Shown here in pieces: positions 41,405-54,307 of a DNA stretch of 64,000 nucleotides. The notes beneath the pieces were generated by a model, which worked only from the letters and a program-made list of their open reading frames with translations, ran no database searches and was not told the origin of the DNA. Every line of letters begins with the position of its first letter. Position 1 is the stretch's first letter. Location of the stretch: assembly GCA_963771465.1 (NCBI GenBank), contig CAVYTU010000012.1, forward strand, positions 1-64,000. Reading direction: 5' to 3'. This DNA is from an uncultured delta proteobacterium. Lineage in GTDB: Bacteria; Desulfobacterota; Binatia; UBA9968. A program made the position numbers and the translations under genes.

Positions 41405-42709
41405 ATGCGAACAAGAACATCTTTGATCTTTCTCGTGGGTGCCGTGCTTGGGGCGGCGGTGGCCAGCCGGCGATTGCTCTCATTGGTGGGAGCCATCACA
41501 GAACGGCCACTGTGGGGCTATGGCGCCTCGCTAAGACGCCCGCAGGTTGCACCCGAGGATCTCCTTAGACGGCGCAGCACGGCCGATGAGCTGTCCGAAG
41601 CAGCCCGCGAGTTGTTCGGCCGCCTGGTTGAACGCATCAAGGCCAAGTACGACCAGGACGCCGCCAGCGGGCGGAAAGAACCACCGTTGGTCGATATTCT
41701 GATCATCTCAGGTGGGGGCGACTGGGGAGCTTTCGGCGCGGGATTTCTCAAAGGTTGGCAGAAGGTGCCAGTCGTCTCATCCGCTGGCCAAGCCGGAATT
41801 CGACGCCGTGACTGGCGTAAGCACGGGAACGCTGATCGCCCCGTTCGCATTTTTGGGCGACGAGCAGTCGATCGAACAGATCGTAAACATGTATCGCAAC
41901 CCGAAGAAGGATTGGGTGAAGCAGCGCGGATATCTTTATTTCTTGCCGGACAACATTTCGTTCGCCGAGGTGCCTGGACTGGAGCGCGAGATACGCGACG
42001 CACATCACCGTGGACATGCTTGCGCCGGATCGCGAAGGCGGGCGCTGACGGCCGCATTTTGTTAGTCAACACGACCGAGCTTGACGTAGGACAGCCGCGG
42101 GTGTTCGACCTGGTGGCGGAAGCGCAGCGGGTTGCCGATTCGGCAGACCCTGAGCGCGTTCACAACATTATACTCGCCTCGGCGGGGATTCCCGGCGCGT
42201 TTCCGTTCCGCATGATCGACGGAGAACTCTACGTCGACGGTGGGGTGACGGGAAACATCATCTACGGCGGTAGAATAGCGGAAGAGGACAACCTGCCGGC
42301 CCTATGGCAGAAAGCTTATCCGAACCACCGCGGTCCTAAGTTTCGCTTCTGGGTGATTTTCAACAACCAGTTCCGTCCGGTGCCTAAACCGGTGGCGCCT
42401 AACTGGCGGGCAGTCATTCAACGCAGCCTGGAGACATCCACGCGCGCGGCTACGGCGACCGCGGTGCGGCATCTCTTCGCGATGGCCGAGATCTCACGGC
42501 TCAAGCGGAAGGCCGATGTGGAGGTGCGTATCGTGTCAATTCCCGACGACTGGATTCCACCCGCACCGACACCTTTCCATAAAGAGACCATGAACAATCT
42601 CGCGGATCTCGGCGAAAAGATGGGCGCCGACCCGGCGAGCTGGAGCAGCGAGCCGCGCGAATCTTCCACTGCGCAGCACGTTAGCGAAGCTGGAACGAAA
42701 CCATCCTGA
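41405..42709 (+). CDS. Patatin-like phospholipase (compensating frameshifts near 41775 and 42005-42020)
   Basis: SGGGDWGAFGAG, VTGVSTG (other frame), YVDGG. Confidence 0.88.
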   Translation: MRTRTSLIFLVGAVLGAAVASRRLLSLVGAITERPLWGYGASLRRPQVAPEDLLRRRSTADELSEAARELFGRLVERIKAKYDQDAASGRKEPPLVDILIISGGGDWGAFGAGFLKGWQKVPVVSSAGQAGIRRRDWRKHGNADRPVRIFGRRAVDRTDRKHVSQPEEGLGEAARISLFLAGQHFVRRGAWTGARDTRRTSPWTCLRRIAKAGADGRILLVNTTELDVGQPRVFDLVAEAQRVADSADPERVHNIILASAGIPGAFPFRMIDGELYVDGGVTGNIIYGGRIAEEDNLPALWQKAYPNHRGPKFRFWVIFNNQFRPVPKPVAPNWRAVIQRSLETSTRAATATAVRHLFAMAEISRLKRKADVEVRIVSIPDDWIPPAPTPFHKETMNNLADLGEKMGADPASWSSEPRESSTAQHVSEAGTKPS

Positions 42710-42720
42710 CGAAGCCCGTT

Positions 42721-43445
42721 GCGAGTGTTCGATCTGGTGGCGGAACCGAAACGTGCTGCTGGCGCCAGTACGTGAAGAAGGGAACGCCACTGGCTTCGGC
42801 TACGGGCGATCTCGGCATGATGCAGGTCAATCGCAACATCTGGCGCGGGGCCCGGAAGAGCCGGTCGATGAAAAAGCTTAAGTCGTTCTACAGTCGGCTG
42901 CTTGCTGTGCTGCGCCACCCGGTCGTGCGCGACGGCCAGTGGCAATTGCTCGAATGTACATCCGTCTGGGAGGGAAACTGGACCTGTGATTGTTTCCTCG
43001 CTTTTGCCTGAAGGTTCTGACGGCGAGCGGCTGCTGGTGACGGTAAACTACGCCTCCAACCAAAGTCAGTGCTATGTCCGGCTGCCGTTCACGGATCTCG
43101 GCAACGGCCAGTGGCGGCTAGAAACCTGCTTTTTTTCCGCTTTGCCAATTTTTTCCTCGAACCTCTGTGGAATCGGCAGTGCGTCGAAAGCGTGCAGATC
43201 ACGATGGCAGAAAACTTCGGTGTCGAGGGTCGCGGTAACTTTACGACCGCACCAGCGCGCTGCCCGACGTCGTGCAGGGGTACGTCGCGTGAGGTCATCG
43301 CGGCGGCGGTGGATCGAACCCAACCACCGCCAAACCGGAAATGCTCGTCCCTGCATCGGTCGTTTTTCAAAAACCCAAACAACGTCAATCTCAACGACTG
43401 CCACCAATGGTGGACTTATGTGCCGGGCGCCAACTGGCGCCAGCA
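42721..43445 (+). pseudogene. Patchwork of six gene fragments (patatin, SLT transglycosylase, GH13, zwf, inverted zwf 3' end, FGE/SUMF1)
   Basis: Direct alignment with 42097-42135, 35471-35751, 45934-46090 and reverse complement of 46761-46787; CWRQY..GDLGMMQVN; [11 protein letters not shown]. Confidence 0.85.
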
Positions 43446-43528
43446 TAAAACTAAACGGAAGGGGCAGGGATAAAGATCGCTCTGCGATCTCTTGCGCCGT
43501 GCCTTAGTAAACCAGGACGAGGTGAAAC

Positions 43529-45079
43529 ATGAGGACAAGATATCAGTGGGACAACAGCATGTTGCCGATCCTCGGAATGGCGTTCCTTCTGAGCGCGTGC
43601 AGCGCCACAGTCAACTGGGATTACCCGCGCAATCCGTCAAATACTTTCGCACATCCGGAAACCACCACCGTCGGTGCGCTGTTTCAGGAAGCGGCCGACA
43701 AACATCCGGGAGTATCCGGCTTCTCTCTTATTCGGCAAGGCGGTCAGGCGTTTATGGCTCGGCTGGCGATGGCCGACTTAGCCGAAAAGACCTTGGACGG
43801 GCAGTACTACATCTGGGATGGCGACACCACCGGCCTGATTTTGGCCGACCATCTGCTGCGCGCCGCGGACCGCGGCGTCCGTGTGCGCTTGTTGATCGAC
43901 GATCATTATATGTCGGAGAGTAGAGACAACAACATTGCCGCGCTCGACGCCCATCCCAACATTGAGATCCGTTTCTTCAACCCGGTCAGGAACCGGCGTT
44001 GGCGCATGATGAGCTTCTTGGCCGAGTTTGGCCGGGTCAACCACCGCATGCACAACAAGCTGTTCGTTATGGACAACGCCGTGGGAATTGTCGGCGGACG
44101 CAACATCGCGGATGTCTATTTTGGCGTGAGTACAGCCCATAACTATCGCGATCTCGATGTCATGAACGCCGGTCCAATCGTCAACGAGATATCGGCGAGC
44201 TTCGATCTGTTCTGGAACAGCGAATGGGCACTACCCGTGGCTGCGGTCGTAGAAGAGCGCGCCAACGAACAGGATTTGCGGGACTTTAGGAAACGGCTAC
44301 AGGAAAAACTCGCCCCCACCGGCTATCCCTATCCGGTCGACGAACAGCTCGCTGGCCTCCGCGCGCGCTTGGTCCAGATCCGGGACAATTTCATCTGGGC
44401 ACCGGGCAAAGTTTTGGTCGAGCATCCCTCCAGAGTTGACACCAATTCGGACAACGTAATCGCTCTGGCACTCCGCGAGCGGGCCAATGAGGTAGAGCGC
44501 GAACTGTTGATCGAGTCGCCGTATTTCGTGCTGGGCGACGCGACTATCGAGAGGGTGCGACAACTCACGGCGCGAGGTGTCAAGGTGCGTGTGTTAACCA
44601 ATTCCGCGGCCTCTCATGACGTGCTCCCGGCGCTTGCGGGCTATGTCTATACGCGCAAGAAACTGATCAATGCCGGCATCGAGCTGTACGAGCTGCGTCC
44701 GGATACCAATATGCATCGAGACTGGTCGGTGTTGGCGGGCAAATCACAAGCCGCGTTGCATGCCAAGTCTCTTGTGTTCGATCGCAAGTCCGTGTTCATC
44801 GGCAGTTTCAATCTCGACCCTCGATCGACGGTCCTCAACACCGAGATCGGCGTGATGATCGACAGTCCAGAGATTGCCAGCCAGGTGGCAGAGTTGATGG
44901 ATGAAGGGGTCGCCCCCGGCAGCGCCTTTCACGTCACCCTCGACAAGAACGATAATCTGCTGTGGACCAATGAGTATAAAGACTCAAAAGTCGAGTACGA
45001 CACAGACCCCGACACAAACTTCTTTTATCGGTTTATCGTTAGCGTCATCGGCATGCTGCCGATTGAGGACCAGCTATAG
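43529..45079 (+). CDS. Phospholipase D family lipoprotein (ClsC/YmdC-like)
   Basis: Two HxKxxxxD motifs (HNKLFVMD, HAKSLVFD); GGRNIAD.YF; GSFNLDPRS; LSAC lipobox. Confidence 0.92.
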   Translation: MRTRYQWDNSMLPILGMAFLLSACSATVNWDYPRNPSNTFAHPETTTVGALFQEAADKHPGVSGFSLIRQGGQAFMARLAMADLAEKTLDGQYYIWDGDTTGLILADHLLRAADRGVRVRLLIDDHYMSESRDNNIAALDAHPNIEIRFFNPVRNRRWRMMSFLAEFGRVNHRMHNKLFVMDNAVGIVGGRNIADVYFGVSTAHNYRDLDVMNAGPIVNEISASFDLFWNSEWALPVAAVVEERANEQDLRDFRKRLQEKLAPTGYPYPVDEQLAGLRARLVQIRDNFIWAPGKVLVEHPSRVDTNSDNVIALALRERANEVERELLIESPYFVLGDATIERVRQLTARGVKVRVLTNSAASHDVLPALAGYVYTRKKLINAGIELYELRPDTNMHRDWSVLAGKSQAALHAKSLVFDRKSVFIGSFNLDPRSTVLNTEIGVMIDSPEIASQVAELMDEGVAPGSAFHVTLDKNDNLLWTNEYKDSKVEYDTDPDTNFFYRFIVSVIGMLPIEDQL

Positions 45080-45358
45080 AGGAGGCAGGGAGAGACGCGC
45101 CTAGATACTTTCGGTGGGCTCGAAGACTCAGGAATTCGGTATAAATATATAGAGCATTCGTCTGTTAGTGCGTTGACATCCACGTAGCAGCGAAGTCGAA
45201 GGGGCTGCCAATGACTGAGAAGCACAGACAAGACTAGAAACTCGAAGCTCGAAATTTGCGACAATTCGGACAAAGCAAAAATCGAAAGCACAAATGCACA
45301 CGCAGATTTTCGCTGCAAGACATGCGGTTTACGAAACAAAAGCGTAGCAAGGAAAGCG

Positions 45359-46786
45359 ATGGGTGACATGAGCACGATATTAGAATCTGTGAAGGAAGGA
45401 ATTGCGCCAAATGCTGCGTCTGCCGACGCCCTGGTTTTCTTTGGCGCTACCGGGGATCTCGCCCATAAGAAGATATTTCCCGCTCTGCAAGCGCTGGCCA
45501 AACGCGGCAAGCTCGACTTTCCGATTATCGGCGTCGCCAAAGCTGGTTGGACGCTCGACCAACTCCGCGCACGCGCGCGGGACAGCGTTGAGCACTATGG
45601 CGGTTTGGACACGGACGCTTTTAGCCGTCTGAGCGGACTCATGGACTATGTTGACGGCGACTATTCCGATCCGGTGACTTTTCAGGAGTTGCGCCGAAAA
45701 CTGGGCGACGCGCAGCAGCCGACGCACTATCTTGCCATCCCGCCCAGCTTGTTCGAGACCGTCATTCGTGGGCTCGACGAATCGGGTTGCGCCAAGGGCG
45801 CGCGAATCGTAATCGAAAAACCTTTCGGACAAGATCTTGCCACAGCGAAAACCCTCAACGGAGTGGTGCACGGCGTCTTCAGGGAAGAAAATGTTTTTCG
45901 CATCGACCACTATCTCGGCAAAAACGCGGTGCAAAACCTGCTCTTTTTCCGCTTTGCCAATTCTTTTCTCGAGCCTCTGTGGAATCGGCAGTGCGTCGAA
46001 AGCGTACAGATCACGATGGCGGAAAGCTTCGGTGTCCAGGGTCGCGGCAACTTTTACGACCGCACGGGCGCGCTCCGCGACGTCGTGCAGAACCATCTGC
46101 TGCAAGTGTCTGACCAATATTGCGATGGAGCCTCCGCCCGGGCTGGATGTCGAGATGTTGCGCGACGAAAAAGCCAAGGTGTTGAAAGGAATTCGCCCGC
46201 TCCGGCCGCGGGATGTGGTGCGCGGTCAGTTTCGCGGTTATCGCGACGAGCCAGGAGTAAAGGCCGACTCTCAGACGGAAACCTTTGTGGCGTTGCGGCT
46301 CGAGATCAATTCGTGGCGCTGGAAGGGTGTGCGGTTCTACATCCGCGCGGGGAAGAACCTTCCCGTGACGGCAACCGAAGTGATCGTCAAGCTGCGCCAG
46401 CCTCCGGCGGTTTTCACGGAGCGTTCCCCTTCCGGCCAACTATTTTCGCTTTCGCGTGACGCCCGATTTGATGATTGCGGTGGGCGCGTTGGTAAAGAAA
46501 GCGGGCGAGCAGCTCGAAGGGCAACAGGTCGAACTCGTGATCAGCCAGCAATCCGATCCCGCCGAGATGGGAGCTTACGAGGAACTGTTGTACGACGCGG
46601 TGCAAGGGAATTCCGGTCGCTTTGCGCGTCAAGACTATGTCGAAGAGGCATGGCGGATCGTGGATCCCATTTTTGGGGAGGAGGTTCCTGTTTACGAGTA
46701 TGAGCCGGGCACATGGGGGCCGCCGCAGGCGAGCGCGCTGATTGCGCCCGACGGCGGAGTGGTTCGATCCACCGCCGCCGCGATGA
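45359..46786 (+). CDS. zwf: Glucose-6-phosphate 1-dehydrogenase (frameshifts near 46108, 46425 and 46758)
   Basis: [53 protein letters not shown]. Confidence 0.92.
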
Positions 46787-46842
46787 CTCCATGGAATTCA
46801 GCAAAGCTTACACTCGCGTGAATTTTTTTTGCGGCAAGTACG

Positions 46843-47846
46843 TTGCCAGCGCGCGAGACGTTTTTCTCCACGGCTATCGTGGCGGGGCTGCCGCTCTTGG
46901 TGGCCGCCGGTTGTGGCGCGATCGAGAGCTTCAACCCGGTGACGCGCCAGGGACTTTCCATCGCCAACTTATTCGTTGTGGTGTTGGTGATCTCGGCTGT
47001 TATCTTCCTGCTCGTCGCCGGCTTGTTGGTCTACATACTTTTTCGCTACCGAGGACGGCCCGGAGAGCAGGATCCGGCGCAGGTGCACGGCAACAGGAAT
47101 CTCGAGATCGCGTGGACGGTGATACCGGCGCTCATCTTGGTTGTGTTATTCCTCTTGGGACTCCAGACCATGAACACGGTCAACGCCACCGATCCGTCAG
47201 CGCTGCGGATTAAAGTCATTGGCCATCAGTGGTGGTGGGAATTTCAGTATCCGGAACTTGCGTAGTGACGGCAAATGAAGTGCACGTGCCGGTAGGAGTG
47301 CCGCTCAAACTCGAGCTTGAATCCGCCGACGTGATCCATAGCTTCTGGGTGCCCCAGCTTGGCTGGAAGAGAGTACCAATTCCCGGAAAGACGAACGATA
47401 TGTGGGTGCAGTTTGATCGGGCGGGTGTGTATGACGGGCCCTGTACGGAGTATTGCGGTCTCCAACATGCTTGGATGCGCATCCGCTTGGTGGCCCTAAC
47501 GGCGGAACGATTTAAGGCCTGGATCGAGCAACAGCGGCGCTCGGCGCCCGATCATCGCGGGGGCGATACGGCATTGCGTGGGCAGGAGATTTTTTTGCGC
47601 AACACCTGCGTCAACTGCCACGCCGTGCGCGGAACTCCGGCCGCCGCCAAGATCGGTCCGGACCTCACGCACTTTGCGAGCCGCTCGACCATTGGCGCGG
47701 GGGTGGTGGCCAATTCGCCGCAGAACTTGCGCCGCTGGGTGAAAGAAGTCCAGACGATGAAGCCTGGAGTGTTGATGCCGAATTACCCAGAGCTGTCCGA
47801 TGAGGACGTGACGGCGCTCGCGGAATTCCTGGGAGGGCTTAAATAA
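46843..47846 (+). CDS. ctaC: Cytochrome c oxidase subunit II with fused cytochrome c (caa3 type; frameshift near 47260)
   Basis: LEIAWTVIP, GHQWWWEF, DVIHSFWVP, CTEYCGLQHAWM (CuA), CVNCH, MP. Confidence 0.9.
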
Positions 47847-49585
<1,739 letters not shown>

Positions 49586-49620
49586 CTGCTTTAAAGGGCA
49601 GCGAGGTTGAAGGAACTATT

Positions 49621-49808
49621 ATGAGTGAAGACAAGAAAACAACTGAAAAAATTCATCTCCCTCAGGCTTCGTGTGGCCCGCCGTGTGCGGCGCCGGCATC
49701 GCGTTGATGGGTTTTGGCCTGGTAACAAACATTTTCTTCAGCGCCGTCGGAGTGCTGGTGATGGCATGGTCGTTCGTCGGCTGGATCGGAGAGTTGTGCC
49801 ATGACTGA
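49621..49808 (+). CDS. Small cytochrome oxidase accessory subunit (CtaF/subunit IV-like; one frameshift)
   Basis: IHLPQAS.WP, two TM helices, GWIGEL; overlaps the Rieske start. Confidence 0.6.
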
Positions 49809-50286
49809 ACCCGTGAGTCGGCGCCGGTTTTTATCCCGGATTACTCTCGCGCTAAGTGGCGCCATCGGCGTAGTTGTCAGCGCGCCGATCGTGGCTTATC
49901 TGCTCAGCCCGCTGATAAGGCCCACTCGGCAATCCTGGCAACGCATCGGATCTACGGACAAGTTCAAAATCGGCAAGACAGTTCAGGTTGCTCTTGAGGA
50001 CCCGTCATCGTTGGCATGGGCGGGCCACACGGCGCGCACGGCAGCGTGGCTCAGGCGCGACAGCGAGACAAGCTTTACTGTGTTTACGGTGAACTGCACA
50101 CACTTGGGCTGCCCGGTGAGCTGGCTGGAAGACGCTCGGTTGTTTCTGTGCCCCTGTCACGGCGGCGTCTACAACGCGGACGGCTCGGTGGCCGCGGGTC
50201 CGCCCCCTCATCCGCTTCTCTGCTACGAAGTCCGCGTGCAAAACGGCGAGGTCGAAATACTGGGCCGCGGGCTCCAGTTCAGCTAA
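49801..50286 (+). CDS. qcrA: Rieske iron-sulfur subunit of a cytochrome bc complex
   Basis: SRRRFL Tat anchor; CTHLGC and CPCHGG; GPPP.PL. Confidence 0.93.
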   Translation: MTEPVSRRRFLSRITLALSGAIGVVVSAPIVAYLLSPLIRPTRQSWQRIGSTDKFKIGKTVQVALEDPSSLAWAGHTARTAAWLRRDSETSFTVFTVNCTHLGCPVSWLEDARLFLCPCHGGVYNADGSVAAGPPPHPLLCYEVRVQNGEVEILGRGLQFS

Positions 50287-50300
50287 TCATGGAGCATGGG

Positions 50301-51709
50301 ATGGCGCGCATAAAGCTCATTTACCTGTGGTTGGATGACAGACTGGGGATCTCGAGCTCGATCCTGCCGATCATCCAGCATCCGCTCCCTCCCAATCTCA
50401 CCTGGTGGTACGTGTTGGGCAGCGCGACGCTAGTGGCCTTTGTCATGCAGGTCGTCACCGGCGTTGCGCTGGCGTTCACCTACGTGCACGCGCCGAGTGA
50501 TGCCTACGAGAGTCTGGAATTCATTACCCAGCGAGCCGTGCTTGGAAACATCGTGCGCGGCATCCACTATTGGGGCTCCTCAGCCATGGTGGTGCTGATG
50601 TTCCTCCACATGGCATCGGCTTATCTAATGGCTGCGTACAAATATCCGCGCGAGCTGACCTGGGTCAGCGGGGTTTTCCTGCTTGCCCTGACGTTGGCCA
50701 TGGCGTTCACCGGTGAGCTCTGCGCTGGAATCAGGACGCCTACTGGGCGATCGTGCTCGTCGCCGCGCAGGTTTCCCGCGTGCCGGTGATCGGCACTTGG
50801 CTGACGCAGCTCGTGGTCGCCGGCCAGACAGTGGGCGGCGCGACGCTCACGCGCTTTTACGCAACTCATGTGTTCCTCATTCCTGCTCTCACGTTCGGGC
50901 TGATGGGTATCCATCTTTACATGGTGACGCGGCATGGTGTTTCCGAGCCGCCGAAGACGAGTGGGCCGGTTGACCCAGCGACATACCGGCAGCGCTACCA
51001 TGAAAAACTCACCCGGGAGGGCGTCCCGTTCTGGCCAGACTTCGCCTGGAAGGACGTGGTCTTCGCGCTTTTCGCCGGCTCGATTGTGCTGATCCTAGCA
51101 ATCGTATTCGGGGCACCGGAGCTCGGCGAGAAGGCGGATCCGACGCTGATACAGGCTCATCCCAAGCCGGACTGGTATTTTTTATGGCTTTACGCCCTTG
51201 CCGCTTTGATTCCCCCGGAGTTGGAGATAGTCATGACCCTCGGGATGGGCGCAGTGGGATTCCTCTTGGTCATCTTGCCGTTCATTGCGCCATTCGGCGA
51301 GCGGCGCGCTTCACGACGACCGTGGGCGATCGCGGTGGTCGGCTTTGCAACCCTTGCTATCGGGGTCCTGCTCTGGGAAGGGTTTCGCGCACCGTGGTCC
51401 CCTGCGCTTCACGCGCGCCTGCCAACGGAGGTGACCGCTAGGTTGCAAGGTGGCGCGGTCCAGGGCGGAAACCTATTTCAGCAGAAGGGTTGCATGAACT
51501 GTCACATCGTCGCTGGCGCCGGCGGCTTGCGCGGGCCCGAGCTTAGCGATGTGGCCAGCCGCCTCTCGCGGGAACAACTCACGTGGCGCATCCTGTACGG
51601 GGCGCACAACATGCCGGCCTATGCCACGACACTTCGACCAGAGGAGCTGAATGCGCTGGTTGACTTCCTCGGAATCCATCATGGGACCAAGACTAAGAAA
51701 GGTCATTGA
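50301..51709 (+). CDS. qcrB: Cytochrome b subunit with C-terminal fused cytochrome c (frameshift near 50720)
   Basis: RGIHYWG, FLHM, KYPRELTW, TLTRFYATH, PKPDWYFL, CMNCH...MP. Confidence 0.9.
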
Positions 51710-52637
51710 CGCGGTCGCTGGCGCCGTCCTGGTCGTGCTCGGGGCTCCAGTCCCCGCCGCACTGGGTCATGACGAGATCCCGCTGGCGCCGCAGTCCCTG
51801 TGGGGCGGCTGGAACTGGGAGCCAATGGTCCTATTTGGCCTGGCACTCGCAGCATGGGTCTATGGCCGAGGCGTGAGCGCGCTCTGGCGGCGCGCTGGTG
51901 CTGGACGAGGGATTCGCTACGGGAAGGTCGTAGCATTTGGCGCAGGGCTGATGGCGTTATTCGCAGCGCTCGTGTCGCCACTCGATGGACTGAGCGCAGC
52001 GCTGGCGTCGGCGCACATGGTTCAGCACTTGGTGCTGATCCTGATTGCCGCTCCAATGCTTGTTCTCGGCGCGCCACTTGTGCCCCTCTTATGGGCAGTT
52101 CCGAAACCGATGCGCCTTGCGCTCGGAAGCTGGTGGAAGCAAACAGTGATCTTGCGCGCGGCTTGGTCTGCCTTCACCCGGCCGGTCGTGGTGTGGCTGC
52201 TCAACGCGGCCGCCATGTGGATCTGGCACTTTCCAGCTCTCTACCAAGCCGCGTTGCGGAACGAGTTCATTCACGTCATTGAGCATGTGTGCTTGTTCGG
52301 CACAGCAGTCCTGTTTTGGCGGACAATTTTTCCGTCCGGCAAGAGCGGGCGCCTAAGCTACGGCACTCGGGTGCTCTACGTGTTTTTTATGGGGACGCAG
52401 AGCGGCGTGCTTGGCGCTCTCCTCACTTTCGCGCCGACGCCTTGGTACCCTGCGTACGCGGCGCGCGGCGCAGCGTGGGGCTTCACTCTTCTCGAGGATC
52501 AGCAGCTAGCCGGGCTCATCATGTGGGTTCCGGCAGGGCTGATCTACCTTCATGTGGCGGTTTTTCTCTTCATGACATGGCTGCGAGCGGAAGAGCGGAT
52601 AACGCTTCCCGCTGAGACCCGGCTCGGGTCAGCGTAG
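51705..52637 (+). CDS. ctaG: Cytochrome c oxidase assembly protein (Caa3_CtaG family); start uncertain
   Basis: SPLD..., AHMVQHL, W.WH.P.LY, EH, DQQLAGLIMWVP. Confidence 0.88.
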   Translation: MDAVAGAVLVVLGAPVPAALGHDEIPLAPQSLWGGWNWEPMVLFGLALAAWVYGRGVSALWRRAGAGRGIRYGKVVAFGAGLMALFAALVSPLDGLSAALASAHMVQHLVLILIAAPMLVLGAPLVPLLWAVPKPMRLALGSWWKQTVILRAAWSAFTRPVVVWLLNAAAMWIWHFPALYQAALRNEFIHVIEHVCLFGTAVLFWRTIFPSGKSGRLSYGTRVLYVFFMGTQSGVLGALLTFAPTPWYPAYAARGAAWGFTLLEDQQLAGLIMWVPAGLIYLHVAVFLFMTWLRAEERITLPAETRLGSA

Positions 52638-52715
52638 GAATTTAAATTTTGACGAGCCCCACTCTATGACAGTGCCCGCGCGGCACAGCCTCGGCGCCAC
52701 GGAAGGGAAAGCTCT

Positions 52716-54295
52716 ATGAGTAACGGAAAATACGACGTCATCATCATTGGCAGCGGGGCGGGTGGTGGGACTCTGGCTCGGAAGCTGCGCCTTCTCGGGC
52801 AAGAGCATCCTGATACTCGAACGCGGCGGATTCCTGCCGCGTGAGAAGCAGAATTGGGATGCAACCGAAGTTTTCATAAAGAACCGCTATGTGTCGAAGG
52901 AAACCTGGTATGACAAGCACGGCAAGCCGTTCCAGCCAGGTGTCCATTACTTCGTCGGCGGCGCAACCAAGATGTACGGCGCGGCACTGTTTCGCATGCG
53001 TAAGGAAGATTTCACCGCGCACCGCACCGCCGACGGGATGACGCCCGCCTGGCCAATCGGCTACGGGGATCTCGAACCTTATTACACGCAGGCCGAGAAG
53101 CTTTATAAAGTCCACGGCGCGCGCGGAGACGATCCCACCGATCCGCCGGCGAGCGCACCGTATCCCTTTCCGGCGGTCAGCCACGAACCGCGCATTCAGG
53201 AAATTGCACGATGACTTGACAGCGTGCGGGCTATCGTCCCGTCCTATGCACCCATGCGGCATCCTGCTCAACGAGCAGGACTGCGCCTAACAGCATCTGC
53301 ATTCGCTGCGATGACCTGCGACGGCTATCCCGTGCCTGGTCCACGCCAAGTCGGACGCCGAGGTGCATCGCTGTTCGTCCCGCCTTGAAGCATCCGAATG
53401 TGACATTGGTAACCAACGCCAACGTGCCAGCGGCTAGAGACCAGCCCAACCGGACAGCGAGGTAACCGAGGTGATCGTCGAACGCAGGGCCGGCGCGAGG
53501 AATACTATCAGGCGGCATCGTCGTGGTGTCGTGCGGCGCGGCCAACTCCGCCGGTTGCTCCTGATGTCGGCCAACGAGAAACATCCGCACGGTCTAGCCA
53601 ACGGCTCCGACAAGCTTGGCCGCCACTACATGTACCACAACACCGTCGCTGTGGTGGCCGTTTCCAGACGCGAACCGAATCCGACCGTGTTTCAAAAGAC
53701 ACTGACGATTGAATGATTTCTATTTCGGCATGAAGGACTTACGAATATCCCGATGGGAAATATCCAGATGCGTCGGCAAGTCCAAAGGACCGATGTATCG
53801 GGGGGAGGACGCGCCAAAGGTTCGCGCCCAGCTTCACGCTCGATGAAGATGGCGCAAGCACGCCGTCGATTTCTGGCTCACGAGCGAAGACCTGCCGATG
53901 CCGGAAAATCGCGTCACTGTGGATTCGCAAGACGGCACATCAAATTGAGCTACGACGTTCAACAATCAAGAGCCAAGCAAACGGCTCTACGACACAACTG
54001 AAGTCCATGCTCGATGACATGGGCATGCACCCGAGGCATTAATCCCGCGCAATCTCTACTTCGAAGAAAAAGATTCCGATCGTGGCGGCGTTGGCGCACC
54101 AGGCCGGCACCTGCCGCTTCGGCAAAGACCCGAAGACGTTCCGTGCTCGATGTGAACTGCAAGGCCCATGAACTGGATAACCTTTACGTCGTGGACACGA
54201 GCTTTTTCCCGAGCATCGGCGCGATGAATCCGGCTTTGACGGCCATCGCCAATGCGCTGCGGGTTGGCGATCATCTGCTCGAACGGCTTAAGTAA
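52716..54295 (+). pseudogene. GMC-family FAD oxidoreductase, heavily frameshifted (real decay or sequencing error)
   Basis: YDVIIIGSGAGGG, VGGATKMYGAAL, AHQAGTCRFG, LDNLYVVDTSFFPSIGAMNP.LT..ANALRV. Confidence 0.85.
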
Positions 54296-54307
54296 GAGAG
54301 AAGAACA

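Noticed and set aside
42721-43445. Patchwork as a simple assembly duplication, or as real ORFs 42902-43507 and 43069-43473
   Set aside because: Fragments differ from the resident genes mostly at synonymous sites, and the ORFs cross unrelated fragments in different frames
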